Source: an uncultured Porphyromonadaceae bacterium (GTDB lineage Bacteria; Bacteroidota; Bacteroidia; Bacteroidales; Muribaculaceae). From it: a stretch of DNA of 64,000 nt. The notes under the pieces were generated by a model that made no database searches, was not told the DNA's origin, and saw only the letters and a program-made list of their open reading frames with translations. The number at the start of each line of letters is the position of its first letter. The first letter of the stretch is position 1. The stretch is taken from positions 6,428 through 70,427 of the forward strand of contig CAMWLC010000004.1 of NCBI GenBank assembly GCA_947174995.1, given 5' to 3'. The position numbers and the translations under genes are program-made. Shown here piece by piece: positions 1-7,826 of the stretch.

Positions 1-198
1 CCCCACGAGGCCGCCGCCGAGAGACTCTCGGGATGGCATGATTCGTGGATGATATTCGCTGCTTACGCGTTGGTAGTGGCCGTGCTTTTCGTGATAATCT
101 TCCGCGATTCCTCCGGCCATGCCAAAGTGACTGAAAAGGAAATCGAGGAGAGTGAGAGCGCCGACCCGGCAGGTTTCATCATCGAAGAAGAGAAATGA
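1..198 (+). CDS. 3' end of a membrane-protein gene entering from upstream (partial, product unassigned)
   Basis: Frame 1 is open from the window edge to TGA at 196-198. The translation ...SWMIFAAYALVVAVLFVIIFRD... is one hydrophobic helix followed by an acidic tail. The stop overlaps the rsmE ATG (ATGA). Confidence 0.4.
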   Translation, partial: PHEAAAERLSGWHDSWMIFAAYALVVAVLFVIIFRDSSGHAKVTEKEIEESESADPAGFIIEEEK

Positions 199-920
199 TA
201 CAGTTTTATGCACCTGAAATAGAGAGCACCGGATTCCTCCCTGAGGCGGAATCCGGTCACTGTGTGCGGGTGCTCCGGATGAAGGAGGGGGACACGCTTT
301 ATGTCACGGACGGGCGCGGCAGCCGGTTTGGATGTCGCATAGTGGAGGCGCATCCACGCCATGTGGGAGTGGAGATTGTCTCAACTGAGAAGATCGAACC
401 GGTGATCGGCGTGTCGATAGTGCTGGCGGTAGCCCCCTCCAAGAACATGGACCGCATGGAGTGGCTCGTGGAGAAGGCCGTTGAAATCGGCGTGACGCGC
501 ATCGTGATGCTCAGATGCGCTCGTAGCGAGAGGAAAGTGGTGAAACCCGAGAGGCTGATGCGTATCGCCGTCTCGGCCATGAACCAGAGCCTGAAGGGAT
601 GTATCCCCGAAGTCACGGAGATGACGGACTTTCAGGACTTCATCTCCTCCTTGCCCGCGGGGCAGGCCTTCATGGGCTACTGCGCACCGGATGTGGAACG
701 CCGCGAGTTTGTGGCGGAATGTAAGCCCGACACTGACACAACCATTCTCATCGGACCCGAGGGAGACTTCACCGAGGCTGAGGTGGCGCGGGCCATGGAT
801 GCCGGGGTGACACCCGTGACATTCGGCAATGCCCGTCTGCGCACCGAGACAGCCGCGCTTTTCGGCGTGCAGGGGGTGCATATCATAAACCAATTGGCTT
901 GCTCGGGAAAACTTAAATAA
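195..920 (+). CDS. rsmE: 16S rRNA (uracil1498-N3)-methyltransferase RsmE
   Basis: 241-aa ORF. The N-terminal PUA-like region (GHCVRVLRMKEGD..YVTDGRG) and the C-terminal SPOUT motifs (LAVAPSKNMDRMEWLVEKAVEIGV, GPEGDFTEAEV) are typical of RsmE. Confidence 0.85.
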   Translation: MIQFYAPEIESTGFLPEAESGHCVRVLRMKEGDTLYVTDGRGSRFGCRIVEAHPRHVGVEIVSTEKIEPVIGVSIVLAVAPSKNMDRMEWLVEKAVEIGVTRIVMLRCARSERKVVKPERLMRIAVSAMNQSLKGCIPEVTEMTDFQDFISSLPAGQAFMGYCAPDVERREFVAECKPDTDTTILIGPEGDFTEAEVARAMDAGVTPVTFGNARLRTETAALFGVQGVHIINQLACSGKLK

Positions 921-1002
921 AGCGTACGATCTGAAAATGCTATTGCGTATCAAGATTCAATCTCAAAGAGCATTAAAGATCAAGATTCAATCAGAAGGAT
1001 AA

Positions 1003-1869
1003 ATGAAATTCAACGATTCGGATATAACCGGTTATCTTCAGCCCGCGGGGGGAGAGAACTTCTTTCTGCTTGCGGGGCCGTGTGTCATAGAGGGTGAAGC
1101 GATGGCCCTTGACATCGCGGAACAGATGGTGCGCCTCACAGAGAGGCTGCACATCCCGTATGTATTCAAGGGGAGCTACCGAAAGGCCAACCGCTCGCGT
1201 CTGGATTCCTTCACGGGTATCGGCGACGAGAAGGCACTCAAGATATTGCGCAAGGTGCGCGAGACCTTCGGTATCCCGGTGGTCACAGACATCCATGAGA
1301 CGCACGAGGCCAGCATGGCCGCCGAGTATGTGGATATACTCCAGATACCCGCTTTCCTGTGTCGCCAGACGGAATTGCTCGTTGCCGCCGCCCGCACCGG
1401 ACGCATGGTGAACATCAAGAAAGGACAGTTTCTCTCGGGCGAGGCCATGGGCAACGCCGTGGAAAAAGTGCGTGCGACGGGCAATATGCAGGTGGCAGTC
1501 ACGGAAAGAGGCACCACTTTCGGCTATACGGACCTCGTGGTGGACATGCGCTCCATACCGGCCATGAAAAAGGCGTGCGGATGTCCGGTCATCATGGATG
1601 TCACTCATTCGCTCCAGCAGCCCAATCAGTCGAGCGGAGTCACCGGCGGAGTGCCGGAAATGGCCTTCACTGTCGCCAACTGCGCGATAGCCGCCGGGGC
1701 GGACGGCCTCTTCATGGAGACCCATCGCAATCCGCGTGAGGCGAAAAGCGACGGGGCCAACATGGTGGCTCTCGCGGGCATGGAGTCACTCCTTGAGGAC
1801 CTGTGTCTGCTGCGCAAGGCTGTCATTGCGCAGAAACACGCGACGCACCGCGCGGAGTGCTGTCAGTGA
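1003..1869 (+). CDS. kdsA: 3-deoxy-8-phosphooctulonate (KDO-8-P) synthase
   Basis: 288-aa ORF with LLAGPCVIE, FKGSYRKANRSR, QIPAFLCRQTELL and KKGQF motifs characteristic of KdsA. Confidence 0.9.
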   Translation: MKFNDSDITGYLQPAGGENFFLLAGPCVIEGEAMALDIAEQMVRLTERLHIPYVFKGSYRKANRSRLDSFTGIGDEKALKILRKVRETFGIPVVTDIHETHEASMAAEYVDILQIPAFLCRQTELLVAAARTGRMVNIKKGQFLSGEAMGNAVEKVRATGNMQVAVTERGTTFGYTDLVVDMRSIPAMKKACGCPVIMDVTHSLQQPNQSSGVTGGVPEMAFTVANCAIAAGADGLFMETHRNPREAKSDGANMVALAGMESLLEDLCLLRKAVIAQKHATHRAECCQ

Positions 1870-2434
1870 CGAGCACCGGTTTGCGGTAGAAAGCGCTGAA
1901 GAGCCGGGCCATCTGTTGCCGTCCCTCCTTGCGGGCGTTGGCTATCACGCCGTCTTTGTACAACCGTTCCAGCGAACGCGCGTGCAGGCGGCGTTTCACT
2001 GTATTGTCTTCCGCGTTGGTCAGTGTGCCGCTGCGGAACATGGATAGGCTTTTGGTGTCGATAACTTCGTAGGCATCGTCATCCGTGGCCTCATACAGTT
2101 CGACAATCTCGGGAGGGAGACAGAACCTCACGGTGTCGCCCGAGGAGTCCACGTGCAGTTTTTCGAGATCAAAGGAAACTGACCCGCGCTGCTTCTGCAC
2201 AGCCATGATGACCTTGCCGTTGATGGTGTCGAGCACGGGGAGTTCGCTATAAATATCCACGGTGCAGAGGCGTGCCATGGTCTTGACGTCCTTGACGACT
2301 GCCGGACGCACGGTAGTCACGGGCGGTTTGCGGAACTCCTTGGAAAGATAGCGGTACCCCGCCGTGACAGCCACCCCCAATATCAGGAGCAGGAAGGCGT
2401 ATAGTATTATTTTGCCTATGATATATTTCTTCAT
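1823..2434 (-). CDS. DUF4230-like membrane-anchored protein
   Basis: 203-aa ORF with an N-terminal TM helix (IILYAFLLLILGVAV). Its overall pattern resembles the paralogue immediately downstream. The family name is from memory. The 3' end overlaps kdsA convergently by 47 nt. Confidence 0.5.
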   Translation of the reverse strand: MKKYIIGKIILYAFLLLILGVAVTAGYRYLSKEFRKPPVTTVRPAVVKDVKTMARLCTVDIYSELPVLDTINGKVIMAVQKQRGSVSFDLEKLHVDSSGDTVRFCLPPEIVELYEATDDDAYEVIDTKSLSMFRSGTLTNAEDNTVKRRLHARSLERLYKDGVIANARKEGRQQMARLFSAFYRKPVLVTDSTPRGASRVSAQ

Positions 2435-2474
2435 ATCGGATTGACTTTATAGTGATTCGCGGGGAGCCGCTCGT

Positions 2475-3074
2475 TTATTTGAAATTGATGGTCGCTTCGT
2501 AGCCGTTTGATTCAAAGAAACTCCTGAAATAATCCCTTGCCTTGTTCTGTGCGCGCTCGGTGATAATCTTTTTGAAGGAATCGTTTCGGGCGAGTTCCTT
2601 CTTGAAATCCTTGTTGGCCGCCTCCTTTGCCTTTGCTCGCTCGGCCGAACCGAACCGTGAGCGGAGCAACCCGATGTTGGTGTATTCCTCGCGCAGGGTC
2701 ATGTCGCGTCCCGAGAGATCCACTTCCACGGGCGGCAGGGTGACAGTGACGGTGTGCGCATCGTCGTCAAAGATTAGGTCATCGGGTGAAAAGCGTGACA
2801 TATCTACTGAAGCGCGAAGATATGTATCGTAGGAATATACCCCGATTCGCTTGCCCCAGAGCTTCGAGTCATCAGTCACGGCGGTCTTTGTCACGGACAT
2901 GGAGGCAAAGACCATGCGGTCGGTGCGTGTAAGCTCGCGGTAAAGGTCGGAATGAAATGCTTTCATATCCGGTGTGGCGTCATCCTTCGAGCCGGAAGTG
3001 TCGGAACATGAGGCGCCTCCGAAGGCCAGCATAAGGAACGTCAGTATATTCAGCAGGGAAACACTTTGCTTCAT
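2475..3074 (-). CDS. DUF4230-like lipoprotein
   Basis: The start is taken at MKQSVSLLNILTFLMLAFGGASC (lipobox), not at the upstream Met of the 207-aa track ORF. It is paralogous in layout to 1823-2434. Confidence 0.5.
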   Translation of the reverse strand: MKQSVSLLNILTFLMLAFGGASCSDTSGSKDDATPDMKAFHSDLYRELTRTDRMVFASMSVTKTAVTDDSKLWGKRIGVYSYDTYLRASVDMSRFSPDDLIFDDDAHTVTVTLPPVEVDLSGRDMTLREEYTNIGLLRSRFGSAERAKAKEAANKDFKKELARNDSFKKIITERAQNKARDYFRSFFESNGYEATINFK

Positions 3075-3108
3075 AGAATTGTGGTATTGAAGGTACACTC
3101 TCTGAAAG

Positions 3109-3303
3109 TAAGTAAGTATTCAAATTTAAACGATATAATCAAAAGTAAGTGCTCACTTGATCTTTTATACAATCTGCGGCTTCTTTTTTGCCGCTTTCAG
3201 CTTGTCGCTCAGTCGCATAGCTCGCTATGCTCCCTCTCTCCGCACAGAAATCGTCTAAAAAACAAGCTCGCATATTGTATAAATTAAATTTGAACACTTA
3301 CTT
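3109..3303. mobile_element. TIR element, copy A (195 bp, inverted relative to copies B and C)
   Basis: Starts TAAGTAAGTATTCAAATTTAAA and ends TTAAATTTGAACACTTACTTA. It is nearly identical to the reverse complement of 33570-33766, while the flanking DNA is unrelated. Confidence 0.85.
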
Positions 3304-3462
3304 ATGGAATTAGATTTGTATACTCCCTTAGACAGTGAATTGGGACGTGAGTTTAGGTGATAAATCTCAAGAAATGTTAACGGAGTGGGGAATATATACG
3401 GGAAATCGAGGAAAATTTTAAAAAAACAGCTTGAAAAATTTGGATGTGATGAAAATAATGCT

Positions 3463-3470
3463 TAACTTTG
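3463..3470 (+). promoter_or_regulatory. Bacteroidetes-type -7 box (TAACTTTG) upstream of tRNA-Cys
   Basis: Matches TAnnTTTG, 40 nt upstream of the tRNA 5' end. Confidence 0.4.
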
Positions 3471-3509
3471 CACTCGCAAACGGGGGATAACCCGGGAGCA
3501 AGAAAATTT

Positions 3510-3580
3510 GGTTCCATGTCCGAGTGGTTAGGTACCGGTCTGCAAAACCGTTTACACCAGTTCGAGTCTGGTTGGAACCT
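3510..3580 (+). tRNA. tRNA-Cys (anticodon GCA)
   Basis: Folded by hand. It has a 7-bp acceptor stem (GGTTCCA/TGGAACC), a perfect 5-bp T stem (ACCAG/CTGGT) with a TTCGAGT loop, and the anticodon loop CTGCAAA. The discriminator is U, the CysRS identity element. The D stem is irregular and the top anticodon-stem pair is mismatched. Confidence 0.8.
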
Positions 3581-3587
3581 CTTGAGC

Positions 3588-3616
3588 AGGATTGCCCGTC
3601 GGGCAATCCTTTTTTG
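3588..3616 (+). terminator. Rho-independent terminator after tRNA-Cys
   Basis: AGGATTGCCC-GTC-GGGCAATCCT followed by TTTTTT. Confidence 0.8.
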
Positions 3617-3679
3617 TATCTGTACGGACTTGACTTGCCAAGTCCGCCATCCCGTTTTGTCTCTGTCACCTCATGGACT

Positions 3680-4717
3680 TCACCGATATCGGGCGTAAAT
3701 GTCCGCTCCTTTCTGTTTGGCTATCCTGATGTGTTCGGGATTGTGTGGGTCAACACCATATTTCGACAACGGGGGCACCACCACCGGGGTGCCGGGGCGT
3801 ATGCGATCGGGATGTCCGAGAATAGCGGAGTTCTCTTCATATATATAGGGCCAGAGATTGAAGTTGCCGTAATGATCTTTGGCCATGGTGGTGAGATAGC
3901 GGGTGCGGGTGATGGTGTCTATCACCGCTTCAGTAGCTGCGGAGGCCATATCTCCCGAGGAATCAGACGGGCGCGTCGGAACGGCCTCTTCGGAAATACC
4001 GGGTTCCTGGTTGGATATGGTATCGGCACCGTCGCTTGCGGGCCATTGCTCTGCAATTACCGTATCGGATAAACCGTCCGCGGAGAAATCGGGAATCAAC
4101 CGGTCGCGGTATATGTACAGCATCGCCCCCCCGGCTATTATAGCCGCTGTCACGAAACCGGCAGCGAATCCAAGGCCAAACCTCCATCTTCTGCGTGAAC
4201 CGTGATGGTGACGGGAGCGATGATGATGAGTTGTCTCCGGTTCTTCATGAACAGTTTCTTCCTGCAGTGGTTCTTCATGAACAGTTTCTTCCTGCAGTGG
4301 TTCTTCCTGCACTGTTTCTTCGGGAGCGATATTTTCATTCTCCGTTTCGACCGGTTCCGGTGAGGGTGACTCCTGGAGTCGGTCATCAGGGAGGTCGGAG
4401 GGTATCTCAACCGTATCAAAGGCACCGAACGGAGCGTTGACGGCCCGGGAGAGATCCCTGGACGGTGTGAACGAAACCTTGTAGTGGCCGGCTATCTCGA
4501 TATTCTCGCCGGAGGTGACATCCACACTGCGACGCGGCTGTACGGGGATGGTGCGGAAAGATCCGAGACCCTTTATCCTCACTGTTTCCGAGACTTCGAG
4601 CGCAGCGGATGCCTCCTGACATAATTCCCTCACGAAATCCTCGCATACCTTTTTGCTCAGGCCGGTCTGCTTGCTCATCAAGGAGGATATGCCGGGAAGT
4701 GTTAGCTTGTTGTTCAT
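3680..4717 (-). CDS. HU-like N-terminal domain / acidic repeat / TM / LysM-like C-terminal protein
   Basis: 345 aa. The N-terminus (VRIKGLGSFRT..., HYKVSFTPS) resembles an HU/IHF fold. It is followed by EEPLQEETVH repeats, His/Arg-rich and TM segments, and a C-terminus (HYGNFNLWPYIYEEN...IRPGTPVVVP) that is LysM-like. Confidence 0.55.
   Translation of the reverse strand: MNNKLTLPGISSLMSKQTGLSKKVCEDFVRELCQEASAALEVSETVRIKGLGSFRTIPVQPRRSVDVTSGENIEIAGHYKVSFTPSRDLSRAVNAPFGAFDTVEIPSDLPDDRLQESPSPEPVETENENIAPEETVQEEPLQEETVHEEPLQEETVHEEPETTHHHRSRHHHGSRRRWRFGLGFAAGFVTAAIIAGGAMLYIYRDRLIPDFSADGLSDTVIAEQWPASDGADTISNQEPGISEEAVPTRPSDSSGDMASAATEAVIDTITRTRYLTTMAKDHYGNFNLWPYIYEENSAILGHPDRIRPGTPVVVPPLSKYGVDPHNPEHIRIAKQKGADIYARYR
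4241..4310. repeat. 30-bp in-frame tandem repeat (about 2.3 units) inside the HU-like/LysM gene
   Basis: TTCTTCATGAACAGTTTCTTCCTGCAGTGG occurs at 4241-4270 and 4271-4300, followed by a partial third unit. Confidence 0.9.
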
Positions 4718-5061
4718 CAGTCGTTAGGTTCAGCTTGGTTGTCGTCGGAGGTGTCGGAAATGTCGGGATTTGCATTCATCGGGGAGATGTCCCGGATCCT
4801 GCGCTTCAGTGTGGCGGAGGGCCGGAACGCCACGGCCACGCGCGGCGGCACAAGGAGCCGGCGTCCGGTGGAGGGCTGCACCGACACTCGCTCGGCCCTG
4901 AACCGGGGCTCGAAAGAGCCGAATCCGGGTAAGGATACTGTGTCACCCTCCGACACCGTGTTTCGGATGATGCTGACGAAAGATTCCGCCAGGCTTTCAG
5001 CCTCTCCGGAGGTGATGCCAAGCGTGGATATTATTTTATCGGTGAGTGACTTGTGCTCCAT
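4717..5061 (-). CDS. HU family DNA-binding protein
   Basis: The start is taken at MEHKSLTDKII. The motifs LPGFGSFEPR and RVAVAFRPS are typical of HU. The stop shares 1 nt with the start of the downstream gene (TGATG). Confidence 0.7.
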   Translation of the reverse strand: MEHKSLTDKIISTLGITSGEAESLAESFVSIIRNTVSEGDTVSLPGFGSFEPRFRAERVSVQPSTGRRLLVPPRVAVAFRPSATLKRRIRDISPMNANPDISDTSDDNQAEPND

Positions 5062-5209
5062 AAGGTAAGATATGCGACTTTCAGGATGGAAAATCACTTA
5101 CAAAATTAAGTAAATTATCCCGGAATCAAAAATATTTCTTAACTTTGACACATAGTTCGTTTAATTTTTGAGAATTACTTATACTCTGTAAATTTTGAGA
5201 ACTTCGTAT

Positions 5210-6130
5210 ATGGCGATGAAGAGAACCGGTTTGCGTGCTGTCCTTTCGGCAGTATTGTTGATGATAGGTGTGCTTGCTTTGCAAGCCCAGTTATTATATA
5301 AGGTGAAAGGTCGCGGACTGCGTGACGCCTCATATATCTTCGGCACACATCATTTGGCCCCGTTGAGCATGGTTGACAGCGTGGGTGGCGCCCGCGAGGC
5401 CTTCGATGCATCCGAAGTAGTGGTGGGGGAGATAGACATGACAGTCAGTCCCCTGGCGACGGCGGCCGCCATGCAGCCCTATATGAAAGCACCTGCCGAC
5501 AGCACTCTCTCCGCTGTGCTCCCTGCTGAGGTATATGCCGATGCCGCACGAAAGTTCATCGGACTGACGGGATTGCCGTTGGAGTCGTTTGAGGAAATGA
5601 AGCCGATGGTCGCCGTAACGGTGCTGTCTGTCCTGACGGCCGCGAAGCTTATGGATAACCACAATCCTGCGGAGCAGCTCGACAGCTATTTTCAGACCCG
5701 GGGTATGGCCGACGGCAAATCCGTACGCGCACTTGAGACCGCCGCCGAACAAGCGGAGCTGCTCTATGACACACGCAGCATCCGGGCGCAGGCCGACATC
5801 CTGCTGGAGACTCTCGCCGATCCGGACGCACTCGCCGAGACAGCCCGCAAACTTAACGAGGCATACATGACACGCGACCTGGAGACCATTTATCTTATCG
5901 GTGTGGCCGAGGAGAGCGATCCGCAATTCATGGAACAGTTGCTGACACGTCGCAACAGGGCCTGGGTAGGCAAACTCGTCGAAATGATGGAAGCCTTCCC
6001 CTGCTTCATCGCGGTGGGCGCCCTTCACTTGCCCGGGGAGGAGGGCTTGCTAAATCTCTTGAAACAGGAGGGTTATGAAATAATCCCCTTGGATTTGCGG
6101 GATGGCTCGACACGGACTGCGGGAAGATAA
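5210..6130 (+). CDS. TraB/GumN family protein (secreted)
   Basis: A signal peptide is followed by LLYKVKGRGLRDASYIFGTHHL and a C-terminal FIAVGALHLPGEEGLL, both typical of the TraB/GumN family. The first ATG is at 5210; the track ORF starts at a TTG. Confidence 0.65.
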   Translation: MAMKRTGLRAVLSAVLLMIGVLALQAQLLYKVKGRGLRDASYIFGTHHLAPLSMVDSVGGAREAFDASEVVVGEIDMTVSPLATAAAMQPYMKAPADSTLSAVLPAEVYADAARKFIGLTGLPLESFEEMKPMVAVTVLSVLTAAKLMDNHNPAEQLDSYFQTRGMADGKSVRALETAAEQAELLYDTRSIRAQADILLETLADPDALAETARKLNEAYMTRDLETIYLIGVAEESDPQFMEQLLTRRNRAWVGKLVEMMEAFPCFIAVGALHLPGEEGLLNLLKQEGYEIIPLDLRDGSTRTAGR

Positions 6131-6259
6131 GAACTACTTAAATCGAATATTTTTTTGATGTTTTTTGCATATTAGGGAAAATATCGTTAACTTTGCCGCG
6201 TAAGTCCCCCGGGCATCGACCCAATAGCGACACAATCTAACTCTAACATAAATTTTATC

Positions 6260-7639
6260 ATGGAAATCCCCTTTGCAGAAGCGTGGAAGATCAAAATGAT
6301 CGAACCCATCCACAAAAGCACCCGCGAGCAGCGTGAGAAATGGCTTAAGGAAGCCCACTACAACGTATTCCAGCTCAAGTCAGACCATGTGTATATCGAC
6401 TGTCTGACCGACTCCGGCACAGGAGCCATGAGCGATCGCCAGTGGGCAGCCATGATGACCGGCGACGAGAGCTACGCCGGAGCCCGCTCCTTCTTCGAGC
6501 TCAAGGACACCATCAACCGCATCACAGGATTCGACTATGTGATTCCCACCCACCAGGGACGTGCTGCCGAGAACGTGCTCTTCTCCCATCTCGTACACGA
6601 GGGTGACATTGTGCCGGGCAATTCCCACTTCGACACCACCAAGGGCCACATCGAGTTCCGCAAGGCATTCGCAGTGGACTGCACCGTAGACGAGGCCAAG
6701 AACACCCAGCTCGAGGTGCCCTTCAAAGGCAACGTCGACCTCAAGAAACTCGAGGCCGTGCTTGAGAAGGACCACGAGAGGGTGCCCTTCATCATCGTCA
6801 CCATCACCAACAACACCGCCGGCGGACAGCCCGTGTCCATGGAGAATCTCCGCGGTGTACGCCGTCTGGCCGACAAATATGGCAAGCGCGTGGTGTTTGA
6901 CTCCGCCCGTTTCGCCGAGAACGCATATTTCATCAAGACCCGCGAGCCCGAGTTCAAGGACGCCACCATCAAGGAGATCTGCCGCGAGATGTTCTCATAC
7001 GCCGACGCCATGACCATGTCTTCCAAGAAGGATGGTCTTGTCAACATGGGCGGCTTCATCGCAACCCGCTGGGAAGACATCTACGAGGGTGCCAAGAAGT
7101 TTGTGATTCCCTTCGAGGGCTATCTCACATACGGCGGCATGAACGGCCGCGACATGGCCGCACTCGCAGTAGGTCTCGACGAGAACACCGAGTTCGACAT
7201 GCTGGAGACCCGCATCAAGCAGGTGGAGTATCTTGCATCCAAACTTGATGAATACGGCATACCCTATCAGCGTCCCGTAGGCGGTCACGCCATCTTCGTA
7301 GACGCCGACCGCGTCCTGGACCAGGTGCCCAAGGAGGAGTTCCCCGCCCAGACTCTGACCATCGAGCTCTACAAGGAGGCAGGTGTGCGCGGTTGTGAGA
7401 TCGGCTATATCCTCGCCGACCGTGATCCGGTGACCCGCGAGAACCGTTTCGGAGGTCTCGATCTGCTCCGTCTCTGCATCTGCCGCCGCACGTACACCAA
7501 CAACCACATGGATGTCATCGCGGCAGCTCTCAAGAACGTGTATGACCGTCGCCACGAGATCAAGCACGGCGTACGCATCACTTGGGAGACCGAGCTCATG
7601 CGCCACTTCACCGTCCAGCTCGAGCCCATCACCGACTGA
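6260..7639 (+). CDS. tnaA: Tryptophanase (beta-eliminating lyase family)
   Basis: 459 aa with AEAWKIKMIEPI, DCLTDSGTGAMS, IPTHQGRAAE and MSSKKDGLVNMGG (the PLP-lysine region). A tyrosine phenol-lyase cannot be excluded by eye. Confidence 0.8.
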   Translation: MEIPFAEAWKIKMIEPIHKSTREQREKWLKEAHYNVFQLKSDHVYIDCLTDSGTGAMSDRQWAAMMTGDESYAGARSFFELKDTINRITGFDYVIPTHQGRAAENVLFSHLVHEGDIVPGNSHFDTTKGHIEFRKAFAVDCTVDEAKNTQLEVPFKGNVDLKKLEAVLEKDHERVPFIIVTITNNTAGGQPVSMENLRGVRRLADKYGKRVVFDSARFAENAYFIKTREPEFKDATIKEICREMFSYADAMTMSSKKDGLVNMGGFIATRWEDIYEGAKKFVIPFEGYLTYGGMNGRDMAALAVGLDENTEFDMLETRIKQVEYLASKLDEYGIPYQRPVGGHAIFVDADRVLDQVPKEEFPAQTLTIELYKEAGVRGCEIGYILADRDPVTRENRFGGLDLLRLCICRRTYTNNHMDVIAAALKNVYDRRHEIKHGVRITWETELMRHFTVQLEPITD

Positions 7640-7665
7640 TCACAGACCCAAACCATAGAAAAAGA

Positions 7666-7704
7666 AAAATCCGGCCCGTCCAAGCGGGCCGGATTTTCTT
7701 TTTT
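7666..7704 (+). terminator. Rho-independent terminator after tnaA
   Basis: AAAATCCGGCCCG-TCCAAG-CGGGCCGGATTTT followed by a T-rich run. Confidence 0.85.
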
Positions 7705-7826
7705 AAATTTTCTTAGCTAATTTGGTGAAATATAAAAAAATATATATCTTTGCTGCGAAATGCTGCTCACGCCTTATTTCATAACGAGATTTATTTTCTA
7801 ATTCTAACCACAAACATTTGATTCTT

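Noticed and set aside
3066-3287. 73-aa ORF across element copy A, and the corresponding part of the 250-aa ORF at 33111-33863 across copy B
   Set aside because: Copy C carries a 1-nt indel relative to B in the same stretch (45 versus 46 nt between ATACAAT and ATAGCGAG), and copy D is not collinear at the protein level. The conservation is therefore at the nucleotide or structure level, not in the coding sequence.
3301-3357. 17-codon ORF (MELDLYTPLDSELGREF) starting at the ATG formed by the right end of copy A
   Set aside because: It is too short and unsupported. The ATG is a by-product of the ...CTTACTTATGG junction, and only the copy B junction leads into a plausible protein.
3524-4072. 182-aa plus-strand ORF overlapping tRNA-Cys, its terminator and the HU-like/LysM gene
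   Set aside because: It begins inside the tRNA and runs antisense to a better-supported gene, with no motifs.
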